A stretch of 64,000 bases of DNA. Origin: the human T2T-CHM13v2.0 reference genome, Homo sapiens. The stretch lies in assembly GCF_009914755.1 (NCBI RefSeq), contig NC_060925.1; one strand, written 5' to 3'. The notes beneath the pieces are model-generated. The model saw only the letters and a program-made list of their open reading frames with translations. It did no database searches and had not been told where the DNA came from. This document shows positions 55,914 through 64,000 of this stretch, in pieces. The stretch's first letter is position 1, and each line of letters starts with the position of its first letter. Both the position numbers and the translations under genes were made by a program.

Positions 55914-58900
55914 CGCGGCGCGCTGCGCCGGCCGCCGGCTCCCGGGCTCGCGCGCGTTGCCAAGCGGCCGTTTCCTTAGCAACCCCGCCAGGGGACTGGG
56001 GATGGAGAAGGGAGGGGGATTAAAAAAATAATAAAAAAAGAAAGAAAAAAGATAGCAAGAAAAAAAAAAGAAAAGCAAGACAACGAAAAAAAAAATAGGA
56101 GGAACTGTATCACAATTATGCAAACTAAGGGGGAAAGAGAGGCACCTTAGAATGAAGGCTCTCCTTACTGTCGTAAGCGCTAGAGGGATTCTTTGCTAGA
56201 AAAGTCTCCGTGTCAGGGCTGGGGTGAAGAGAGCTGAGGGGCGCTTTGCCTTCCCTCACCGGTGCGTTTTACCTCTCGAGGCACCGTAAGTTTGAAGTCC
56301 TCCAAGTTGTGGTCGGCGCCATCATGACGCCGGCGACTGTGAGTTGTTTTTTTGTTTATTTTCTTCTAATCTTGCCTGGGTGGCTACGCTGCAGTTAGCG
56401 AGCAGCCAACTAGTTCTCTCTGCGTTTTCTCGGGAATAGGTAGGGACGGTGGCGGGGCGCTGCTTTTTTGCGGGGACACGAGGAGGTGCAAGGCCTTGCG
56501 GCAGAGCAGCTTGCGTGTTTGTGGCGGTCGGCCCGTATGGATTGCAGGACGCCCCTCTTTTATCTGTGGGTGTTGACACTAAGTTGTGTGTGTGAGTAGG
56601 GGATTGTTTATGGTCAACATGGAGTGTGTGTGTGATAGAGAGCGTGTCGTGCGCGCGGGGGCCTGTGCACGCGCGGCACGCAGGCGCGCTGGGAGGGACG
56701 GGGCGGGTCATGCTGGGATGTAGAGTCGGGAAAAGACTGCAATCAAGTGTTTTAATTGTGTAGAGCCCAGGCGGTCCAGTTATGTAAGAGGCAGTTTAAC
56801 CCATTTGAGCCTATCAGGCCGAATAATCGGCGCATCCGAGTCAAGGCAGGGCAGAGTTAAGGGGTTTAACGAGTCGCAGGGTTGTATTTCTTAACAGCCT
56901 CCACACCGCGTTAACAGGCTTGCTCCTCCGCGGTGCAGAGCGGTAACCTCCGCTTCCCCACGCAGCAGCCCCTCCGCAGCTCGCCGGGCTGTTTTCAGCC
57001 CTGCCCTGGCCCAAGGCAGAAGGAGATACTAGGCGTGGGGCCACCCCTACTCTTTTTTCTTCTTTCCTTCTTGAACTCATTTCCAGATTCAAGATCCCTA
57101 AGCTTTTCCGGGCCATTTGCAAATCAATGCGAGAACCGAGGCTGAGTCGTTAGCAGTTACACCAATCAATCTTGTTCAGCGAGGAGTTTGGGAAGCAGAG
57201 CGGGGAAGTGAAAATGGAAAATAAGTAATTAAAAAATAAGCTCCCTCCCCCTCACACACTTTTTCCCTTCCTCCACCCCATCCCCCTTTAGCAGTGTTTG
57301 AAGAAGATATTCTTTGCCAGATCCCAGTTCTTCTTTTGGAGGAAATGAAGCAAAACCTCACACGTCCGTAACTCGTTTTCCATAATGCTAGCAGGGTCAT
57401 TTGGCAAAGCGCACCGAAGCAAGACTCTCTGCAGGGGTCAGCATCCGGCTGCCTCCGCAGACTGAGCTCTTTACGAGGCAGGCAGGGAGTCGTTTTGCTT
57501 GGTGGTAGCAGTGTTCAGAGTGATTTTTATCGCCATGCACGGGGATATATGGGGAAAGGGAAGGGTTCCCATCACCTGTGACCACCCAGACTGGCTTACA
57601 GAAGAATCCTTAACTAGCAACACCTCCCTGCTGAACTGGCACTCCAAGGCTGGGCAGCTAACGGAGACATTTGCGTCAGGAGTCACTGATGTTAGTATTC
57701 TGCCTTAACTCTCAAAACCGACTCGGAAACTGAGAGTGCAATAGTTTCAGCCGCATTTTGAAACATCAATAAAATGTTAGTCATTTGCGGATGAATGAAA
57801 ACATTTTCTTTACCGTCTGGTATGCTAGGGAAATAATTGTGAAATGACAGACTCTCACTAATATCGATGCCAAATACCTAAGTAACACTGTCATCTTGTT
57901 AACTGCATTTTTCTATCTTGCGTGGCACGCTGATGGATAAAGCGTAAAATTATCTAGGGCAAACGGGGGATTAGAAGACTTGACATGTCACATACATGGG
58001 CAAAGCTATGCAGTATTATTTAGCATTTCAGTAGAAACGAGCTAGATTCTATTGAAGAGACACAGAAGGTATAGCTTCCTGCATTGTGACTCAGTTTAGT
58101 GCTATTTTAAGCAGGGATGGGGGTGCCAGTGTTTTCTAGTACAAGCTATGAAAAGCATCCTTTTCTGACTGCTGTTTCCCAGAGATCTGACATCTTCAGT
58201 GTCCACGGGGGTGGGTTGGGGGTGGTAGGAGGAGGGTTTTCTTTGACCAGGGATGGAGCTATGCTGCAGTTTTAATATGTACAACAACCCTTCAGGCTTG
58301 TAAACGGAAACTGGAGCCACTTCTTTTAAAGACAGTTTCCTTTCCTTATTTCTAGTTTTTTATCTCAACTACCATTCACAGATTACACTTAACTCTTGGA
58401 GAACCCATCTAAAGAAAGCAATGACTGAACTTAGCGTATAGATGTCTGGATTATGGGGGAAAGTATTTACAGGTACGTCACTATTATTTACAGCAAGTGC
58501 AAGAATGTCAGGTAGGGCAGCCTCTCCAGACCCTTATACTTCTAGTCTTCTGACTAAAGAAAATGAATTTAAAAGCTTTTATGACTTCCTATTCCCTAAA
58601 CCTTTCTAAGGGCAAAACATCTGACAGGCTTTTACGTGGTTTCTAATATTTGCTTTTGAAGTCCTGGAATTCTTACAAACAGAGACTTAAATTCGGATTG
58701 TCTTGGCTCTTTTTGAGGGAAAATCGAAACAAAACCAAACAACAACCAAATGAGAAAAAAAAGCTTAAATAGCAAATAGTTCCTTAGTAGAATTTTTTGA
58801 AATAGAAGAATTAGTAATAGCATTGTTTAGAACATTTTAGAGGCAAATAGTGGAGTGGGTATAATGGGTTACTCCTTTGGTTAGAATTTTAAGGAAGTGA

Positions 58901-59282
58901 CATTGGAATTAATTATTATTTCTTTATAATGATGTACCTTTTTTCGCTTTAAAAGCTCAACTTCTAGTATTTCAAGAAATGTAATAATCAGTAGGGAGTT
59001 AGTATAAAAGGAGAAAGGTGGAGCCTGATTATGATTGCAGATTATTTCATTATCTAGATTGATTCCACTCCTGCCTTTCATGCCCTATGACCTGTATTTT
59101 GAATCCCTAAGGATGTTGGAAAGAGTAATGTTATATAAGGAAGCTTCTTAAGATTGCTTACTTTAATAAACTCGATTTTTATTCAACAGTGTAACTGTGA
59201 TTGTTAGAATGGAAAAAAATAGAAGTTTACATTTGTTTATTAGTAGTGAATGAGTAAAGCCAGCTTCATCTTTCATGTTATT

Positions 59283-59450
59283 TTGTTTTAATACTTTGAG
59301 ATCTAGGGTACATGTGCACAACGCGCAGGTTTGTTACATATGTATACATGTGCCATGTTGGTGTGCTGCACCCATTAACTCATTATTTACATTAGGTATA
59401 TCTCCTAATGCTATCCCTCCCCCCTCCCCCCTCCCCCACCCCACGACAGA
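59283..59450 (-). mobile_element. Short L1PA4/5-like 3' end
   Basis: Reverse L1 3'UTR; TSD CATGTTATT (59274-59282 / 59452-59460). Confidence 0.85.
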
Positions 59451-59751
59451 CCATGTTATTACTGTGTGAGCATGAGAAGCTTTAGCCAAGACGGGTCCCA
59501 GGACCTAATGGAAAGAGCTAATGAGATCACTTTGTATTTCCTGAAGGAGGCAGTCAGGAAGCCCTTATAAACTGTACCTCTGAATAATAGCGCTCTAACT
59601 TGGTCCATAATTGATTCTCTATTTGAATTAAGCTGCCTTAAGCTTGGAGTACCTTGCCAACTAAAACTGACGTATACTGATGAATTTCAGGTCAGGGTGA
59701 GAAATATAGAGTTCCAGAAATTTGTTGGTGGAGGGGAATCTTCCACTACAG

Positions 59752-59796
59752 AAGTGTTTCTCAATCTAGGCCCTTTTGACATTTTGGTGCAGGTAA

Positions 59797-59841
<45 letters not shown>

Positions 59842-59994
59842 AGCATGGGGACTTCTGTGTGCCTTGGAAAATGTTTATCAGCATCCCTGGCCTCTATCCA
59901 GTAGATGCCAATAGTTGTGATACCCAGAATTTCTCCAGGCATTGTTAAATGTCCTGTGGATTGGAAAGGGGATTACTCCAAGTTGAGAACCACT
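59752..59994. mobile_element. MER20 with inserted (TG)21
   Basis: GCATCCCTGGCCTCTATCCAGTAGATGCCA...GTTGAGAACCAC; TG repeat at 59799-59840. Confidence 0.8.
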
Positions 59995-61033
59995 TCATTG
60001 TAAGTTATATTTCTAAAATATATACCATCTTGTGTTTTTCAAATAAAATAATAAAGCAGATTTTTTTGTCAAAAGTATCTCATTTGGATTCTATAGCTAC
60101 AAAAAGAGCTCCTTCTCATCAGTTCAATCTCTACATTTACTTGCCATGTGGTTGAGTAGCCCAGGTTACCACAGATGCAATGAATTTAATGGCTGACGGC
60201 AACAAAATACTTTCTAGGATTTCTTCCTAAATTGTAGGAGACTTGCTCAAATAACATTACAATTATACACTAACAAAGGTCTTCTATATTGTTGTAATGT
60301 ATAGTTTGGTTATAAATGTTATTGTAAAGTAGGCGAGAGGGGGTCTTTTATTTAAGCAAGTATTGAACTAATAGTTCTTTGAAAGGAAATTGTCATTTTA
60401 TGTTGTTTTTTCCAAAATAAAAGTGTAAGTAAATGGTGAGCTTATTTTGGGCAATAACCCATGTAAATATTTGCCTTCTTTATATTGTGACAGCTACATA
60501 TTATTCACTCTGGAAATGGCTATTGCATAAAGAAGAAGAAAAAAGCAAAAAGTTATTTGCCTATTGGGTCATTCTATTTAAATATCATATATTTATTCAG
60601 TTATAATTTATTTAGCATCTTATCTATTCACCATCAGCATTGGGGGTAAGCAAAGAAGTTAGAAGCGTATATGTGTGTTTGTATGTTTGGAGGAGTGCGG
60701 AGATACCTACTCTACTTTCAGAGCTCTTCAAGCCATTTCCATAGAATGGCCCTGAAAATTTCACCTAAGTACTTAAACAAGAAAGAACAGTGTTACAATA
60801 GATATGGGTAGAAATCATTTTCAAATAACTGAAGTTTCTACCTTTCTACTTGTAAGAAAACAAGTACAGCTTTAACTATATTTCATTATATAATTTACAG
60901 TGGGTTCCAGGAAAACCAATAATTATTATTTAAGATTTTTTCTCACATATTTCTAAGAAACTCAAACACCTCTGTTCAAAAATAAACATCAAATTTTATA
61001 CTTTATACTGAACTATGATGAATGTAAGATCTT

Positions 61034-61220
61034 TTTTTTTTCAGGATTGAGAAGGTGGCATTTTATTTTAATTTTCTTTTTTTTTATTATTATACTTTAA
61101 GTTTTAGGGTACATGTGCACATTGTGCAGGTTAGTTACATATGTATAGCATTGGGAGATATACCTAATGCTAGATGACGAGTTAGTGGGTGCAGCGCACC
61201 AGCATGGCACATGCATACAT
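61034..61220 (-). mobile_element. L1PA2-type micro-insertion with inversion and 3' transduction
   Basis: Perfect 16-bp TSD ATGAATGTAAGATCTT (61018-61033 / 61221-61236). GATGACGAGTTAGTGGG carries GAG, not the L1HS ACA/ACG. Confidence 0.88.
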
Positions 61221-61789
61221 ATGAATGTAAGATCTTACCCTCCAAAAGAATTATTCTGTTTTATTTTATTATGTAATTTATTTAATTTCCTAAAAGGTTC
61301 TGATTTTTATTGCAGAGGTGTTTATCTTGTATATTTTCAGACTCTACTATGACTTGTTAATTTTGTCCCTTTAGCATTTTGTATTTTTTTCTATAATTGA
61401 TATATGTGTGTCTGTGTATATGTGTGTGCCTGTATAAATGGGAAGTACCTCACTGTGTAAACTTATGAAGACATCTTGACTAGAATTTGTAATTTTTAAT
61501 TTGTGATAATTTTTACTGTTAATATAGTTTTCTTAACACAAGATTGTGAAAACATAGCTTTAAAACATAGCCCTAAGGAGAAAGAAAACTATTGCCACTT
61601 CACTCCATGTTCACTTCTAGCAACTATTGAGATTTTTATTGCTCTTGTTGTAAGTTATGATATTCATGGGTAAGTAAATCATTGGTTTTTCTTAAGATGA
61701 GAAAAAGTCAGCCGGGTTTGAAGTGGAATAATTTTAAAGGACTATATCAAATACCTTTCCAAATTTATAACAGTCACCCATGTTTATGA

Positions 61790-62400
61790 CATTTAATTTT
61801 TTTTGTTCTGAAATACACATTTTTAACAATATACTTTTAGAAAAGTGCATAGAATGTGAAGGTACAGATTAGTGAAGCACTATTTTAAAGTTAACATCCA
61901 TTTCATTCCACAGTGATTAAGAAACAGAAAATTACCAACACTCCAAATGCCTTCTGCAAGCCTTTTTAAAATTATAACCCCCATTTTCTTCCTTAAAAGT
62001 AACCACTGTAATTATTTCACCATCATCATTTCCTCATTTTCCTTACATTTTTACTATTTAGCTTTGAATCCCTCTGAAAGAATGACTGGCTTTTATATGT
62101 ACTCATACAAAGCCACAATACATCATACAACATGTAATTATAACATACACTTTTTTGTTTCTGGCTTCTTTTGCTTAACATCATATGTTAGAATTCCTCT
62201 GTGCTGTTGTGCAGCTGTTGTTCCTTCATTTCTTGAATCCATGTAGCATTTCATAGTATATCTATAGAATTATATATTTATTCATTATATTTTTGGAAGA
62301 TATGTTTTATGTTACTTGTCTATTAAAGACAGTGATGCTATAAACATTCTTGGATATCAGTAGTGAAAACTTCTCCTAGATTACACAATGCTGAGCTGCA
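61790..62400 (-). mobile_element. Old L1M 3' region
   Basis: TTTGTTTCTGGCTTCTTTTGCTTAACATCATATG..., GCTATAAACATTCTTG motifs. Confidence 0.6.
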
Positions 62401-62419
62401 AGTTTTTGAGAACACTGAC

Positions 62420-62530
62420 TGTATCAGTCAGAGTTTGCCACAGAAACAACCAATAGAAAGGAAGTATGTCTGTGCGCATATATATGTATACGTACATTTT
62501 GTATATTATATCCATTATATATATACACAT

Positions 62531-62585
<55 letters not shown>

Positions 62586-62952
62586 TTGTTTTAAAGAATT
62601 CTCTCATATAGCTGTAGAAGCTGACAAGTCCAAAAGTCCGAAATCAGCAGGGTGGGCTGGGAGACTAGAGACCCAGGGTAAAGTTGATTTTACAGCTGGT
62701 GTCTGAAGGCAGTCCAGGGTTAGAATTCTCTCTTCCTCAGGAGACCACAATCTTTTTTTCAGTTAAGATCGTCTACTGATTAAATGAGCCCCACCCACAT
62801 TATGGAGGGTAATCTACTTTACTCAATGTCTACAGATTTAAATGTTACTCTCGTCTAGTAAGTATTCTGCATAGCAACATCTACACTGGTATTTGACCAA
62901 AAATCTGAGTAGCATAGCCTAGTCAAGTTGGCAGATAAAATCAACCTTCACA
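62420..62952 (-). mobile_element. MLT2C/D LTR with embedded (CA)n(GA)n microsatellite
   Basis: GTATCAGTCAGAGTTTGCCACAGAAAC...CCCACCCACATTATGGAGGGTAATC...AGTCAAGTTGGCAGATAAAATCAACCTTCACA; microsatellite at ~62526-62585. Confidence 0.85.
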
Positions 62953-63554
62953 TTGGTTTAGTTCCAGTTCACCAGTATGCATGATGGGTGTGTCTACCTC
63001 ATCTCAGCTTAAAGGTTTTTTAAGATACCAAGCCTTGGGTGTCCCTGTACTGTATTTTTTGTCACCTCAACTCTTTGATAAAATTTCAGATCATGGTTAT
63101 ACTATAAATTGTCTTTTATTTAGATAGAACCACATGCAGAACATTAATAAGCCTTTTTTTCTTAAATCATGAGAGCAAAAACTGTAGAAAAGTCTTGCTT
63201 TTGTTGCTGTTGATAATATTGTTTGTATTTGTTTTCATCATAGACCTTGAAAAATTTTGCTATTTGAAACTATATGAAAACTATACTGTGGGGAAAACCA
63301 GTCTGGAATTAGGACAGATTACAATGTTGAAGCATTCCTACTTAGAATCAACTTCTGCTAGAGCCAGTTGAATCCTATGAACTGAGTGTAATGCTCACGA
63401 ACTGTTGAGAAATATTGTTGGTTCAAATCTAGGACTCTTGCCCAGCAAGTTTTCTGAGTTCAGGTTTTATTTTTGAATTGGCCTTATAATCTTATCAATA
63501 CCAGTCTGTCTCTCAAAAGAAAAAAAAAAAGCAGCCTTTCAGTCACCTCTAGGA

Positions 63555-64000
63555 TTCGAACAACCACTAATTTGTTCTTCATCACTATTATTTTGTCATT
63601 TTGATAATTTAAATAAATGAAATCATATAGTATATAACATTTTGAAGTTGGCTTTTATTCACTCAGCATATTGCCCTTGAGATCCATGTAGGTTATTTCT
63701 TATATCAATATATTTTAGATTTTTTTCTCTTTTTATTGTTGAGTGGTCCATGGAATGGATGTATGATAGTTTGTTTAACCATGTACCTATTTAGGACATT
63801 TTGATATTTCCAGTTTGGGGCACCTACAAATAAAGCTGCTATGAACAACAATGTATAGGTTTTTGTGTGTACCTGTTTTTATTTGTCTGGAATAGATACA
63901 CCGAGGTATGATTGTGATATTGTATGATAAATGCATGTTTACTTTTTTTTTAAAAAAACTGCCAAGCTATTTTGCCATGGGTGTACCATGTTACATCCCA
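63555..64000 (-). mobile_element. L1MB/MC 3' region (runs off the window)
   Basis: GGCTTTTATTCACTCAGCATATTGCCCTTGAGATCC..., AAAGCTGCTATGAACA. Confidence 0.75.

Larger units (their letters stand above)
55000..57500. promoter_or_regulatory. CpG island / NEGR1 promoter and 5'UTR
   Basis: Sharp rise in GC and CpG density against an AT-rich background. GC boxes (e.g. GGGGCGGG ~56700) and CCAAT (~57161). Overlaps the first coding exon. Confidence 0.9.

Noticed and set aside
55253-56123. Long overlapping ORFs (150-252 aa) with poly-Ala/Ser/Leu/Phe/Lys runs, and a possible polyQ protein
   Set aside because: Non-ATG starts; stop-poor GC-rich and simple-repeat DNA. The real coding frame is the spliced NEGR1 exon. 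No ATG-led ORF supports the CAG (Gln) frame.
57500-64000. Breakpoints of the known obesity-associated deletions or GWAS SNPs upstream of NEGR1
   Set aside because: These lie upstream of NEGR1 by established knowledge, but I cannot place them or call alleles from the sequence alone; alignment to a reference is required.

Overview
Human/hominid genomic DNA containing the 5' end of NEGR1 (neuronal growth regulator 1, IgLON family; chr1p31.1 from established knowledge) on the minus strand. Coding exon 1 is 55428->55253 (176 nt: MDMMLLVQGACCSNQWLAAVLLSLCCLLPSCLPAGQSVDFPWAAVDNMMVRKGDTAVL+AG|GTAGGA), inside a CpG-island promoter. Bases 1-55252 are AT-rich intron 1 and ~56000-64000 is upstream sequence. 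The only other protein-homologous sequences are dead: a GDI2 processed pseudogene and a near full-length Hsmar2 mariner. The rest is interspersed repeats (Alu, L1, MIR, L2, MaLR/ERVL LTRs, Tigger/hAT elements) and microsatellites. I see no new multi-gene system. The most notable observations are: (1) the GDI2 retrocopy is a twin-primed inverted insertion whose probable 3'UTR and AATAAA lie sense to NEGR1, with a candidate in-frame cryptic terminal exon; (2) a ~190-bp L1PA2-type insertion carries both an inversion and a 3'-transduction tag; (3) a young AluYa5 has a perfect TSD; (4) + strand splice donors cluster just upstream of the promoter, suggesting a divergent lncRNA; (5) the promoter combines STRs, a G4 motif and polyT/polyA tracts; (6) several template-switch-like palindromes and duplications are present. 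Repeat subfamily calls come from recalled consensus sequences, not a RepeatMasker run.
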